This document shows, piece by piece, positions 1-9,545 of a stretch of 64,000 bases of DNA. Below the pieces are notes generated by a model that was not told the origin of the DNA, did not search any database, and saw nothing but the letters and a program-made list of their open reading frames with translations. The stretch comes from Flexilinea sp. (GTDB lineage Bacteria > Bacillota > Clostridia > Oscillospirales > Oscillospiraceae). The position numbers were made by a program, and so were the translations under genes. The first letter of the stretch is position 1. Every line of letters starts with the position of its first letter. The stretch is taken from the NCBI GenBank assembly GCA_963615825.1, contig CAVEIY010000001.1, positions 3,200-67,199 on the forward strand, given 5' to 3'.

Positions 1-582
1 CTCAATGCCTCGTGTTACAGACGCGATAGACAGCTCGTCCGCCGCTTTGCTTGCCGCTGTCAAAAGCGGCACATAGATGCAGTTGATGGTCATAGCCGGG
101 GCTTTCAGAAAGCCGGCCAGTGTCGGCGACACATCCCGTAGGCGCATGGCGTCCTTGATAAAATGCCAGTCCTCCCGGATGGTAGGGAGATAGCGGAGCA
201 TGACGGCGATGGGGATGGTCAGCTTTTTCGGCACATGCAGCCGCGCCATGGCGGAGAGAAATTCCCCCACTTTGGTGGTGGAGATCACAAGTCCTGCCAG
301 CATCCCGCAGGCATAGACCTTGTGAATCAAGCCGAGAAATGCCACAAACATGGTCCGCCAGAGATTGGTCATTACGCTCATACACCAGATGGTGAACAAG
401 CAGATTAGTCCATAGACAATCATTCCGTGCAGCGCGTATTTCCATTTTCCACAGAGTGCGGCCAGCAAAGCGATGAGTGCGACCAAAGCAAACTGAACAT
501 ACAGGTTCGGCGCAAACATGGCGGAGAAAACGCAAATCAAAATGAGAAATAGCTTTGTCCGCGGATCGAGATGCAGCTTCAT
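1..582 (-). CDS. ECF transporter T component (EcfT/CbiQ family), 5' part only; the gene runs off the left edge
   Basis: Hand translation of the minus frame from ATG 582-580 gives MKLHLDPRTKLFLILICVFSAMFAPNLYVQFALVALIALL...IPIAVMLRYLPTIREDWHFIKDAMRLRD. It stays open to position 1, is multi-TM, and has an ATGA overlap with the upstream S-component stop. It is absent from the supplied ORF track; track ORF 2..634(-) is a different, Arg/Cys-rich frame. Confidence 0.65.
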   Translation of the reverse strand, partial: MKLHLDPRTKLFLILICVFSAMFAPNLYVQFALVALIALLAALCGKWKYALHGMIVYGLICLFTIWCMSVMTNLWRTMFVAFLGLIHKVYACGMLAGLVISTTKVGEFLSAMARLHVPKKLTIPIAVMLRYLPTIREDWHFIKDAMRLRDVSPTLAGFLKAPAMTINCIYVPLLTAASKAADELSIASVTRGIE

Positions 583-1181
583 TTGGTGATACCGGCTTTT
601 TCAAATTGCTTGCGGAGCATTTTGCAGCCCACAAGGGCGCTGATGGCGGCGGAGAGGACAGTCCCTACCAGCATAATGACCAGGATCCAGACGGTTCCCG
701 TGGAGCGCATTGTATCAATATAGGACTGCTCCGTACCGTTGCCGAGCATGGTTTTTGCCCAGCCGTCCGGGTCAGCGAAGAACACAAGATAAGAAGCGGT
801 GCCGCCGAGGGAAATTAAAATATAGGAAAGCGAGTTGATCTTTTTGCTTTTGTATCCGCCTGCACCTGCAACAAGATCGGCAACGATACCCATGATCAGG
901 TAGCCCAGCGCCATGGCCCAGTGCATCCCCGTGACAAACCAGATGATGCAGAGAATCGCACCGAGAATGGTGGCCGCCCAACGCTTTTGCACCTTGGCCA
1001 GCATCAGCAGGTATATTGGCCCACAGAGCAGGGCGCTGCCCACGGGCATATAGAAGGTCAGCACCGGGTTCGGCGCAAAGAAAATGCCGCCGATCAGGGC
1101 GAATACGAGAAAGAGCGCGGAAAAGATACCGACTGTGACCAGATCCTTTACGGTGAGGCCCTTTTTGTTGATTGTCTGCAT
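579..1181 (-). CDS. ECF transporter S component, MptD/Trep_Strep (TIGR02185-like) family membrane protein
   Basis: About 200 aa with 5-6 TM helices (MQTINKKGLTVKDLVTVGIFSALFLVFALIGG...). Start moved to ATG 1181 behind AAAGGAGAC. Stop overlaps the EcfT start. Confidence 0.6.
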   Translation of the reverse strand: MQTINKKGLTVKDLVTVGIFSALFLVFALIGGIFFAPNPVLTFYMPVGSALLCGPIYLLMLAKVQKRWAATILGAILCIIWFVTGMHWAMALGYLIMGIVADLVAGAGGYKSKKINSLSYILISLGGTASYLVFFADPDGWAKTMLGNGTEQSYIDTMRSTGTVWILVIMLVGTVLSAAISALVGCKMLRKQFEKAGITK

Positions 1182-1357
1182 AATAAGTCTCCTTTGCAAT
1201 GACAGACGGTTTGACATTTGAACCGCCCTTTGTTATAGTGAAATTAGAACAAACTAACTGAAGCTAACGGTATCATATTGCAGAAATTCCGGCAAGCTCA
1301 GGCAGTGCATTTTGCCTGATCGTTGCAAAGAATTGTCTGTTCATTGCAAGGAGGATT

Positions 1358-2329
1358 ATGAAACACGACGTTTTAACAGACTACTACCGCCCACTTTTGG
1401 AACGGAACAACTTTCTTCCAATCCCCTGCCCGGAGAAATTCAGTTCGGCGGGGCGATGCTGGGAGATTTCTTCCGCCGTTGGCGGCGGCTACTATTGGGT
1501 TTACGCCAAACAGGACCTGTTTGACATTAAAATTCACGATTTCTATTTCAACGACGACTGCTGCTTGGATATGGAAATTCCGGAGTGCATCAGTATTCAG
1601 CGCTATGACTCCATCTCCGGCGAGGAACTCAGCCCCTACAGACGGTTATCCGCAGGGGATATTCAGACTATTGTGGGCGGGAAACAGCGATATCGTGCGC
1701 TCATTCACAAGCGCATTCCCATTCATGCGGTTGGCATTGAAATCCTTCCAAACTATTATGAGGATTTTCTAAAGAAGCAGTATCCGGACCTTTATTTTGA
1801 CCTCCCGGCTGCATTTCAGAGCGTAGATCAGGCAACAGATTTCCCGGCCATGTCCAAGCTGCTGTTTGAGATCGAAAATTACCGGGGCGAAGGGGCGGCA
1901 GCGGCGCTTTTCTATGAGGCTAAGGTTACGGAGGCTATTTCGCTGGTGGTGGATGCATGGAAACGGCAGAGCCAAAAGCGAGAGCGCCCACTGTCGGCAG
2001 AGGATACCGAGAGCCTTCAAAATGTGGTCAGCTATATCGCTGACCACTATGCCTTTGACATTCCGCTTGGACGACTTGCGAGTATTGCCTGCATGAGCGA
2101 AACCAAGCTCAAAAGCTGTTTTAAACGGCAGTTTGGGTGCAGTGTCACGCAGTATATTCAGGGGCGAAGAATGAGTCAGGCGGAACACCTGCTTATCAAC
2201 ACCGACTTCACCATGGGACAGATTGCCCAGATGATCGGTTACACCACCTCCAGTCGCTTTGCGGAGCTGTTTAAAAAGAGCACCGGTATTCTGCCAATTG
2301 AGTATCGGCGAATCGCAAGACAGGAGTAA
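1358..2329 (+). CDS. AraC family transcriptional regulator
   Basis: 323 aa. C-terminal double HTH (LGRLASIACMSETKLKSCFKRQFGCSVTQYIQGRRMSQAEHLL...IGYTTSSRFAELFKKSTGILPIEYRR). RBS AAGGAGG before the ATG. Confidence 0.85.
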   Translation: MKHDVLTDYYRPLLERNNFLPIPCPEKFSSAGRCWEISSAVGGGYYWVYAKQDLFDIKIHDFYFNDDCCLDMEIPECISIQRYDSISGEELSPYRRLSAGDIQTIVGGKQRYRALIHKRIPIHAVGIEILPNYYEDFLKKQYPDLYFDLPAAFQSVDQATDFPAMSKLLFEIENYRGEGAAAALFYEAKVTEAISLVVDAWKRQSQKRERPLSAEDTESLQNVVSYIADHYAFDIPLGRLASIACMSETKLKSCFKRQFGCSVTQYIQGRRMSQAEHLLINTDFTMGQIAQMIGYTTSSRFAELFKKSTGILPIEYRRIARQE

Positions 2330-2359
2330 GCTGGATTCGTCAAAAGACCATAAGCCCAT

Positions 2360-2377
2360 GCGGTGGCACCGCTTTTT
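2360..2377 (+). terminator. Short hairpin plus T5 after the AraC gene
   Basis: GCGGT-ggc-ACCGC followed by TTTTT. The stem is only 5 bp. Confidence 0.4.
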
Positions 2378-2412
2378 AGAGGGGAGCTTCCAGAAAATGA
2401 AGCGGTACATTC

Positions 2413-2441
2413 TTGACATTTTCCTGCTTTTGATGCATAAT
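2413..2441 (+). promoter_or_regulatory. Sigma-70-like promoter for the PLP-enzyme operon
   Basis: TTGACA (2413-2418), 17-nt spacer, CATAAT (2436-2441). Confidence 0.5.
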
Positions 2442-2527
2442 GAAAATCACAGCAAAGGGGCTACACCGAATGGTGCGGCCCCTTTGCTGTTTGCAAATAA
2501 GGACAATGGATGGATACGGAGGCAACT

Positions 2528-3634
2528 ATGAAAGCAATGGAACTGGATACCCCGGCGCTGCTGATTGACCGGGAAATTATGATGGATAATCTGCGGTTTA
2601 TGCAGGCATATGCGGATCGCCAGGGGGTAGCGCTGCGGCCTCATACAAAGACCCATAAGATGCCGCGCCTTGCCCGCATCCAGGAGGAACTGGGGGCGCA
2701 TGGTATTACGGTGGCCAAGGTGGGGGAAGCGGAAGTGATGGCCCGGGAGGGACTGAAGGACATCTTTATTGCGAACGAGATCGTAGGTCCACAGAAGCTG
2801 GCTCGAATTCGCAAGCTGGCAGAGTCGGTGGAAATTTCCTTTGGCCTGGATTCTCTGGAGCAAGCAGAGCAGGTGGAAGATGCCTTTGCGGGAGCAATGA
2901 AGCCTGCCTGCGTCCTGATTGAAATCGAAGTGGGGGAGAATCGTTCCGGCGTTATTCGTGACGAGAACTTTATCGCACTGCTGACCTATTTAAAAAGCTG
3001 CCGCAATATTCGGCTAAAAGGCGTTTTTTCCCACGACGGCAGTTCTTATCAGGCGGAGAGTGTAGCGGCATGCCGTGAGATCCACCTGGAGGCCCAGCGT
3101 CGCACCCTGCATTTTGTGGCCCTGGCCCGGGAGGCTGGGATGTCATTGGAGACAGTCAGCATCGGATCTACGCCCTCGCTGATGCACGATTTTCCGGTTT
3201 TAGAGGGAATTACAGAGATACGGCCCGGTACCTATATTTTTATGGATGCCTCTCAGGCAAATGCTTACGGCAGCCTCCAACGCAATGCAGCTACCATACT
3301 GGCAACGGTCATCAGCCGACCAACACCGGAACGTGTGATTCTGGATGTGGGCGCCAAGGGAATCACGGCGCAAACTCGGTCTGTCGGTATCTGCGCCACC
3401 AGGGGATTGGGCCTGATAAAAGGCTGGCCGGATGTGGAGATCTATGATGTTTACGACGAGCACGCCATTATTTATAACGGCGCGTTCCGGGATGCTGTTC
3501 GCGTGGGAGATAAGGTGGAGATTATCCCCAATCATATCTGCCCGGTGGTCAACCTGCATGAGGTGGCCTATCTGGTTTCCAACGGCCAGGTGGTAGAAGA
3601 GATTCCGGTGCTATGCCGGGGCAAGCTTCGTTAG
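2528..3634 (+). CDS. D-TA family PLP-dependent enzyme (alanine-racemase-fold; D-threonine aldolase / D-serine dehydratase-like)
   Basis: MKAMELDTPALLIDREIMMDNLRFMQ...ALRPHTKTHK (PLP-Lys context)...GITVAKVGEAEVM. Start moved to ATG 2528 behind GGAGG. Confidence 0.7.
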   Translation: MKAMELDTPALLIDREIMMDNLRFMQAYADRQGVALRPHTKTHKMPRLARIQEELGAHGITVAKVGEAEVMAREGLKDIFIANEIVGPQKLARIRKLAESVEISFGLDSLEQAEQVEDAFAGAMKPACVLIEIEVGENRSGVIRDENFIALLTYLKSCRNIRLKGVFSHDGSSYQAESVAACREIHLEAQRRTLHFVALAREAGMSLETVSIGSTPSLMHDFPVLEGITEIRPGTYIFMDASQANAYGSLQRNAATILATVISRPTPERVILDVGAKGITAQTRSVGICATRGLGLIKGWPDVEIYDVYDEHAIIYNGAFRDAVRVGDKVEIIPNHICPVVNLHEVAYLVSNGQVVEEIPVLCRGKLR

Positions 3635-3646
3635 GGAGGCGTGACC

Positions 3647-4456
3647 ATGCCAAGAAAAACGGTTGCGATCATCGGATATGGGGCGCTGGGCAATATTCTG
3701 GCGTCGGCCCTTCGTCAAACCCTGCCGGAGAACTATCAGGTCAGTGGAATTTGGACCCGTCATATACAGCGGGATATGGAGCGGATTCGGCAGGACGGGT
3801 TCCGGCCCTATGGGAACTTTGAAGCGCTTTTGGCGGATAAGCCGGATTATGCGGTGGAAATTGCCAGCGTGGAGGCGGTTCGCATGTACGGGGAAACCTT
3901 GCTGCGCGCTGGGATTTCTCTCGTTGTGACCTCTGTGGGGGCTTTGGCAGAGGATGAATTGCGGGAGACGCTGGCCCAATCTGCCCAGGCCAACGGAACT
4001 CGGGTCTATGTGACATCCGGCGCAGTGGGCGGCTTTGATGTATTGCAGACGGTGGCCCTAATGGGAAATGCGCGGGGATGCATTGAAAACGTTAAGGCAC
4101 CGGAGAGCCTCCAAGGCGCGCCCTATTTGGAGGGAAAATCCCTGCCTTTGGATCGGAAGCAGACGGTATTCCGGGGAACGGCCCGGGAGGCAATTGCCGG
4201 TTTTCCAAAGAATGTCAACGTAGCGGTGGCATCTGCCCTTGCCAGCGTTGGAGTGGACGCCATGCAGGTGGTGATTGACAGCCGCCCGGGGAAGCAGGAT
4301 AATTTGCACCGTATTACGGTGGAGAACGATGGCGTCCGGGCTGTAATCGAGGTGGCCTCCCGTCCGGATCCCGGAAACCCTCGCTCCAGCGTTATGACGG
4401 CTTGGAGCGTGGTGGCATTGCTGCGGAATCTTGCCAGCCCCATTGAGTTCTTTTGA
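3647..4456 (+). CDS. Aspartate dehydrogenase domain-containing protein (NadX-like)
   Basis: N-terminal Rossmann motif VAIIGYGALGN and central SGAVGGFDVL motif. AGGGAGG lies 7 nt before ATG 3647; the track start GTG 3641 is the alternative. Confidence 0.6.
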   Translation: MPRKTVAIIGYGALGNILASALRQTLPENYQVSGIWTRHIQRDMERIRQDGFRPYGNFEALLADKPDYAVEIASVEAVRMYGETLLRAGISLVVTSVGALAEDELRETLAQSAQANGTRVYVTSGAVGGFDVLQTVALMGNARGCIENVKAPESLQGAPYLEGKSLPLDRKQTVFRGTAREAIAGFPKNVNVAVASALASVGVDAMQVVIDSRPGKQDNLHRITVENDGVRAVIEVASRPDPGNPRSSVMTAWSVVALLRNLASPIEFF

Positions 4457-4742
4457 TGGAATACGGGATGGGAGAAGCAGCAAATGAATTTGAGCGCCAT
4501 CAATTACTTGGCAAAAATGAATTTTGACGCAATATTTGATTCATTATAAAATTGAAACACAGATCAGTTTTATGCATGGTGCGCAAGAAACTCCTTCGGA
4601 TAAATGGAAATTCTGCCGAATATCCCATATAAAAACTGTACAAATCGCATAATTTATGCGGGAAAATAGAAGATTATATAATGCGACGAAAATGCAATTG
4701 CTGCTGGAGTGATTTTTATCTATTTTTATTATGCAAGTTCGC

Positions 4743-4771
4743 TTGACTTTTCTTGCATAATGACGTAGAAT
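4743..4771 (+). promoter_or_regulatory. Sigma-70-like promoter upstream of ABC operon 1
   Basis: TTGACT (4743-4748), 17-nt spacer, TAGAAT (4766-4771). Confidence 0.5.
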
Positions 4772-4905
4772 GCATCTATAAAATCTAACACAGAAAGCAA
4801 AGGCGCTTCCTACCGGGATCCGGTTTGGAGGCGCCTTCTGTGTTTCATTCTCCGGCATCAACGATGATGATGGAAAATGAAAATCTGAGTTAGGAGGAGA
4901 TTTTT

Positions 4906-5928
4906 ATGAAAACAAAACTATGGAAGCGCGTTCTTTGCGCCGTGACGGCGCTGGCGATGACTGCGGCTATGACAGCCTGCGGATCGAGTACCTCGACAGC
5001 CGAAAGCAGCGCGGCTGCGAAAGCATCCTCTGCGGCACCGACTGCAACGGCTGCGGCAGCTGCGGACTCGGCTGTACCGGGGGCCTCGGCTGCGGAAACA
5101 ACCGGCAGTACAGACCTGAAAGCAAAATGGTCCTCCCTGGCGGGCAAGACGCTTCGAGTTGGTACCTCCGCTGCACAGTCGGGCTGGTCCCAGGATGACG
5201 GCAACGGCGGTGTCGAGGGTATGGATATCGACGTCATGAACTACATGGCAGATTATTATGGCTTTAACATTGAATGGACCATTTCGGAATACGCCTCCCT
5301 TTGGGGCATGGTTCAGAATGGTGTTATTGACACCATTGCAAACCTGACCACGGTAAACGATGATCGGCTTGGCCTTTATTGGTTCACCAATACCTATGCG
5401 TGGGAATCCTATTCGGTGGTTTGCCTGAAGGAAACTGGTGAGCCGGAGGATGGCGATATGGATTTCTGGGCGGACAAAACCATTGCAGGTGAGGCCGGCT
5501 CCAACGCAACGCTGACGCTGGAAAGCATCATCGAAGAGAAGGCGGCAGAGGGCATTACCATCAACGAGCTGACCCTGGATTCCGCAGCTGTTTTGATTCC
5601 CGCTGTTGTGCAGAAGCAGGCCGACGCCGAGTTCCAGTGTACTTCCACCGCAGCCTATGCGGTTGCACAGTCCGGCAATGCCGATAAGCTCTACATTCAG
5701 GATGCCAAGTGGAAGAACATGCCCATTGTCTACGGCTGGGCAAGAAACGACGACAACAAGGATTGGATCCTTGCATTCAACGATCTGATTGAGCAGATGC
5801 ACGAAGATGGCACGCTTGCGGAGCTGTCCATGAAGTGGTTCAACATGGATGTGACTTCCCTGCCCGAGGGCGAGGTCAACACCGTTACCACCACTGGCGA
5901 CAATGCATGGCAGAGCTACGAGAACTGA
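4906..5928 (+). CDS. Amino acid ABC transporter substrate-binding lipoprotein (family 3 SBP)
   Basis: Lipobox MTAAMTACGSS followed by a Ser/Ala-rich linker. SBP_bac_3-like body. First gene of an SBP-permease-ATPase operon. RBS AGGAGGAG. Confidence 0.8.
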   Translation: MKTKLWKRVLCAVTALAMTAAMTACGSSTSTAESSAAAKASSAAPTATAAAAADSAVPGASAAETTGSTDLKAKWSSLAGKTLRVGTSAAQSGWSQDDGNGGVEGMDIDVMNYMADYYGFNIEWTISEYASLWGMVQNGVIDTIANLTTVNDDRLGLYWFTNTYAWESYSVVCLKETGEPEDGDMDFWADKTIAGEAGSNATLTLESIIEEKAAEGITINELTLDSAAVLIPAVVQKQADAEFQCTSTAAYAVAQSGNADKLYIQDAKWKNMPIVYGWARNDDNKDWILAFNDLIEQMHEDGTLAELSMKWFNMDVTSLPEGEVNTVTTTGDNAWQSYEN

Positions 5929-6023
5929 TCGCTGAATAAAGCGCGAGAGACTGAAATGCGTCTGCTGCACAGGCGGCAGGCGCATTTTCCATTTCATCCA
6001 GCGCACAGAAAGGAGCCACTTGT

Positions 6024-6695
6024 ATGTATTATCAATTCTCGATGCAGTATTTCCTGGATGCGTTTCAGCCCATCATGTCCTGCATGAAGGTGACGCTGCT
6101 GATTACCTTTGCATCGTTCATTTTCGCATTTCTCTTTGCGATTATTCTGGCTGTGATCGCCATGAGCAAAAACCGCGTGGTTCAGGCTGTGCTGAAGGTC
6201 TGGCTGAGCTTGTTCCGAGGTACGCCGTTGATTGCCCAGCTGTTCCTGTTCTGCTACGGCATTTTTCCCTACATTCCCGGCATTGCAGACATCGGGCTTA
6301 CTGCACAGGCAATCCTCTGCCTGGCCCTGAGCTTCTCCGCCTATATGTCCGAAACCATTCGCGGTGCAATCTTGTCGGTGGATAAGGGGCAGATGGAGGC
6401 ATGCATCACCTGCGGCATGACGACCATGCAGGGCTATACGCATGTGGTACTGCCTCAGGCCTTCCGGCTGGCAATCCCGTCCCTGATGAACAACTTCATC
6501 GAGTGCTTCAAGGGGTCTGCGCTGTGCTCCATGGTAGGTGTTGTGGATATGATGCTTCGCGCAAAGATGCTGGCCAACAAGACCTACCGGTTTATCGAGG
6601 TTTATCTGTGCGTGCTGATCCTCTATTGGCTGCTGAACATGGTCTTTGTGGCGATTCAGAAGGTAATCGAGCGCAAGGCCAGCGCAAAATACTAA
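6024..6695 (+). CDS. Amino acid ABC transporter permease (His/Glu/Gln/Arg/opine family)
   Basis: 223 aa, 5 TM. Contains an EAA-like loop [25 protein letters not shown]. Confidence 0.85.
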   Translation: MYYQFSMQYFLDAFQPIMSCMKVTLLITFASFIFAFLFAIILAVIAMSKNRVVQAVLKVWLSLFRGTPLIAQLFLFCYGIFPYIPGIADIGLTAQAILCLALSFSAYMSETIRGAILSVDKGQMEACITCGMTTMQGYTHVVLPQAFRLAIPSLMNNFIECFKGSALCSMVGVVDMMLRAKMLANKTYRFIEVYLCVLILYWLLNMVFVAIQKVIERKASAKY

Positions 6696-6708
6696 GGAGG
6701 TAGCAGAA

Positions 6709-7452
6709 ATGATCCGGTATGACAATATTCACAAGGTATTCGGAGATCTTGAGGTGCTCAAGGGCATCAATTTTGAGATTGGAACCGGCGAAGTGGTTTG
6801 CATCTTGGGTCCTTCCGGCTCCGGTAAGACCACGCTGCTGCGCTGCACCAACTTCCTGGAGACACCCACTAAGGGGAAGATCACGCTGGACGACGTAACC
6901 ATTGATGCCGAGCATCACAATAAAAAAGACATTCTTGCCATTCGACAGCTGAGCACCATGGTATTCCAGAACTACAACCTGTTCCGGAACAAAACCGCGC
7001 TGGAAAACGTCATGGCAGGGCTGACCATTGTACAGAAAAAGGACAAAAAGGAAGCCAGGGAGATTGCCGAACACTATTTAGATGTTGTAGGCATGAGCGA
7101 GCGCATGGATTACTATCCCTCCCAGCTCTCAGGCGGCCAGCAGCAGCGCGTGGGAATCGCACGGGGACTGGCGCTGAAGCCCCATGCCATCTTGTTCGAC
7201 GAGCCGACGGCAGCCCTGGATCCGGAGCTGGTGGGCGAGGTACTGTCTGTTATGAAGAATGTTGCCAAGAGCGGCATCACCATGGCGGTAGTGACCCACG
7301 AGATGGGCTTTGCCAGAGAGGTGGCGGACCGGGTGGTGTTTATGGATGGCGGCGTTGTCGTAGAGCAGGGAAAGCCCCAGGAGGTTTTCGACCATCCTCA
7401 GAATGAACGGACCCGGAAGTTCCTCCGGGCCGTGGCCAATAAGGGCAACTGA
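6709..7452 (+). CDS. Amino acid ABC transporter ATP-binding protein (GlnQ-like)
   Basis: Walker [10 protein letters not shown], signature LSGGQQQRV, Walker B ILFDEPT. Confidence 0.9.
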   Translation: MIRYDNIHKVFGDLEVLKGINFEIGTGEVVCILGPSGSGKTTLLRCTNFLETPTKGKITLDDVTIDAEHHNKKDILAIRQLSTMVFQNYNLFRNKTALENVMAGLTIVQKKDKKEAREIAEHYLDVVGMSERMDYYPSQLSGGQQQRVGIARGLALKPHAILFDEPTAALDPELVGEVLSVMKNVAKSGITMAVVTHEMGFAREVADRVVFMDGGVVVEQGKPQEVFDHPQNERTRKFLRAVANKGN

Positions 7453-7471
7453 CGGAAAGGAGCGGATCAAA

Positions 7472-8731
7472 ATGGATTTACTTGCAATGGCAAAGGAGCA
7501 GTTCCCCTATACGGTAGGACTTCGCCGCCATTTTCACGAATATCCGGAGTCCGGACCGGAAGAGCAGGTTCAGACCATGGCATATATTATAGAGGAGCTA
7601 AAGAAGCTGGATATTCCCTATGAGCAGGTGCCAGGCGGCGGTATCTTCGCCTTTATCCCCGGACCGCCGGAAGGGAAAACGGTACTGATGCGCGCCGACA
7701 TGGACGCATTGCCCATTCAGGAAAGCAAAACGAATCTGGCAGGACCCAAGGTGTGCGTTTCCAAGATTCCGGGAGTGATGCATGGCTGCGGTCACGACGG
7801 ACATCTTGCCATGCTGCTCACAGAGGCAAGAATCCTCAAGTCGATGCAAAAGGATCTCAAAGGCTCTATTCTCCTGATGTTTGAGGAGGGGGAGGAAGGA
7901 CACGGAAACGGTCAGAACCTCTGCCTGTATCTGCAAAAGCACAAGCTGCATGCCGATATCTGCTATGCTTCTCATGTGCGCTGGGATGTACCGGTGGGAA
8001 AGGTTGCCTGCAACTGGGGCACCGCAATGTCTGGCCTTTATCATTTTGAGCTGGAGCTGTTTGGTCAAGCCGGTCATGGTTCCCGGCCGGATCTTGCCCA
8101 CAGCACCCTGGACTGCTTCCATGAAATCTACAATGCCCTGCAGACGCTCCGGCTGCGCTATGTGCGGCCCAACGCATCCCTCACCTGGTCCATCGGCAGC
8201 ATTCACGCCGGAGAACGGTTTAATGTAGTGCCCGACGATCTTGTTTGCCAGGGCAGCGTTCGCTTCCTGGATAAGGACAGCGGCATGGCCTTTTGGGCGG
8301 AATTCCGTCGGGTGCTGGATAGCGTCTGCCCGCTGAACTACTGCTCCTATCGTCTCCGGGTGCCGGAATTCCTGCTGCCCACCATCAATACGCCTGCTTG
8401 CACCAAGCTATTTCGGGATGCCGCCAAAGAATATTTGGGTCCCGACTCCGTCTATGAATGCGAGCCGTGGATGGCGTCGGAAACGTTTAGCTTTATCTGC
8501 AATATGATCCCTGGAGTCAACAGCTTCACCGGCATTCGGGATGACTGCTATGGCTCCGGTGCAAACCATCATACGCCGGAATTTGATATTGCAGAGGAAG
8601 GATTGATTTACGGTGTTGCCGCAGCGCTGGGATATGTGTTAAACTATTTAGAAAGCCCTCCGGATCTATCGGATTTCCAGCCTGTGTGTGAAAACATGGA
8701 AGATCTGATCGCCATGCTGCGCAATGCATGA
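7472..8731 (+). CDS. M20D family amidohydrolase (N-acyl-amino acid / hippurate hydrolase-like)
   Basis: MHGCGHDGH metal-binding motif. HFHEYPESG N-terminus typical of M20D. Start moved to ATG 7472 behind AAAGGAG. Confidence 0.8.
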   Translation: MDLLAMAKEQFPYTVGLRRHFHEYPESGPEEQVQTMAYIIEELKKLDIPYEQVPGGGIFAFIPGPPEGKTVLMRADMDALPIQESKTNLAGPKVCVSKIPGVMHGCGHDGHLAMLLTEARILKSMQKDLKGSILLMFEEGEEGHGNGQNLCLYLQKHKLHADICYASHVRWDVPVGKVACNWGTAMSGLYHFELELFGQAGHGSRPDLAHSTLDCFHEIYNALQTLRLRYVRPNASLTWSIGSIHAGERFNVVPDDLVCQGSVRFLDKDSGMAFWAEFRRVLDSVCPLNYCSYRLRVPEFLLPTINTPACTKLFRDAAKEYLGPDSVYECEPWMASETFSFICNMIPGVNSFTGIRDDCYGSGANHHTPEFDIAEEGLIYGVAAALGYVLNYLESPPDLSDFQPVCENMEDLIAMLRNA

Positions 8732-8745
8732 GAGAGGAGCGTTTT

Positions 8746-9351
8746 ATGGATCATTATGTTGTAACCGTAGGACGGCAGTTCGGCAGCATGGGGCGTCCCA
8801 TAGCCAAGCGTACGGCAGAACTGCTGGGGATTGAATACTATGACCGCGATATTGTAGAAGAGGTCGCAAAGCGCATGGACATCCCCCTGAAAGTGGCCAG
8901 CAAGGAGGAAGAGGATGCGGCGCATGTGTTCGGCAAGTACGGGAAAATGCTCTTTCCCCTTGGCACTGGAACCACAGAGCTTCAGGATCGTATTTTCTCT
9001 GTTCAGGAGTGCGTGCTCCAGGATTTTGCGGATCGTTCCTCGTGCATTCTGGTGGGACGCTGCGCCGATTACATCATGCGGGATCGGAAGAAGCTGCTGC
9101 GGGTGTTTATCTACGCGCCCATGGCAGCACGAATCCGGAACTGTGTGGAAAACTTTAATATGACGCCGCAGAATGCAAAAAGGATGTGTGCAGATGTGGA
9201 TAAAGCGCGTCGGGCGTATCATAAGCGTTATGCAGGCTATGCCCCTATGGACCCGGAATGGATGGATTTGATGCTGAACAGTGACGCGCTGGGAATTGAA
9301 GGGACTGCGAAAGCGCTGGCATCTTTCATTCAGCAGCGGTTTGAGGGCTAG
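8746..9351 (+). CDS. Cytidylate kinase-like family protein (AAA/P-loop)
   Basis: MDHYVVTVGRQFGSMGRPIAKRTAELLGIEYYDRDIV is the typical N-terminus of this family. Start at ATG 8746 behind GAGAGGAG. Confidence 0.6.
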   Translation: MDHYVVTVGRQFGSMGRPIAKRTAELLGIEYYDRDIVEEVAKRMDIPLKVASKEEEDAAHVFGKYGKMLFPLGTGTTELQDRIFSVQECVLQDFADRSSCILVGRCADYIMRDRKKLLRVFIYAPMAARIRNCVENFNMTPQNAKRMCADVDKARRAYHKRYAGYAPMDPEWMDLMLNSDALGIEGTAKALASFIQQRFEG

Positions 9352-9545
9352 GCTATCATAACCGGGGATTCGTGCAGTCGAACGCTTGTCCAGGCAGGAT
9401 TCCCTGCTTGTGATCCGTCATTTCTTCCAAGAGCAGCATGATATTTGCGCGGATTTGCAAAAGGTCCATTGTGATTGGCAGAGAAAAATCATACCCGATT
9501 CGCGCAAAGAGCGGTTCAATTTAGCTGTGAAATGGAGAGAAAGAC

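Noticed and set aside
2-634. Track ORF 2..634(-), 210 aa
   Set aside because: The translation is Arg/Cys/His-rich and non-protein-like, and it overlaps the S-component gene. The real gene is the EcfT-like frame ending at ATG 582, which is open to the window edge and hydrophobic.
4544-4861. 105-aa ORF on the minus strand in the AT-rich spacer
   Set aside because: It lies across a promoter and leader region, has no RBS and has low-complexity composition. It is most likely a chance ORF in AT-rich DNA.
4918-6006. Long antisense 'shadow' ORFs opposite real genes. Examples: 4918..6006(-), 13785..14807(+), 15595..16437(-), 18565..19731(-), 23314..24102(-), 27266..28138(-), 35172..36089(+), 40497..41216(+), 41280..42203(+), 42330..43043(+), 53145..54296(+), 58155..58859(-), 62383..62982(-)
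   Set aside because: Each lies antisense to or out of frame with a gene that has clear family motifs and an RBS. Their translations are Arg/Cys/His/Pro-rich or low complexity with no start-site signals.
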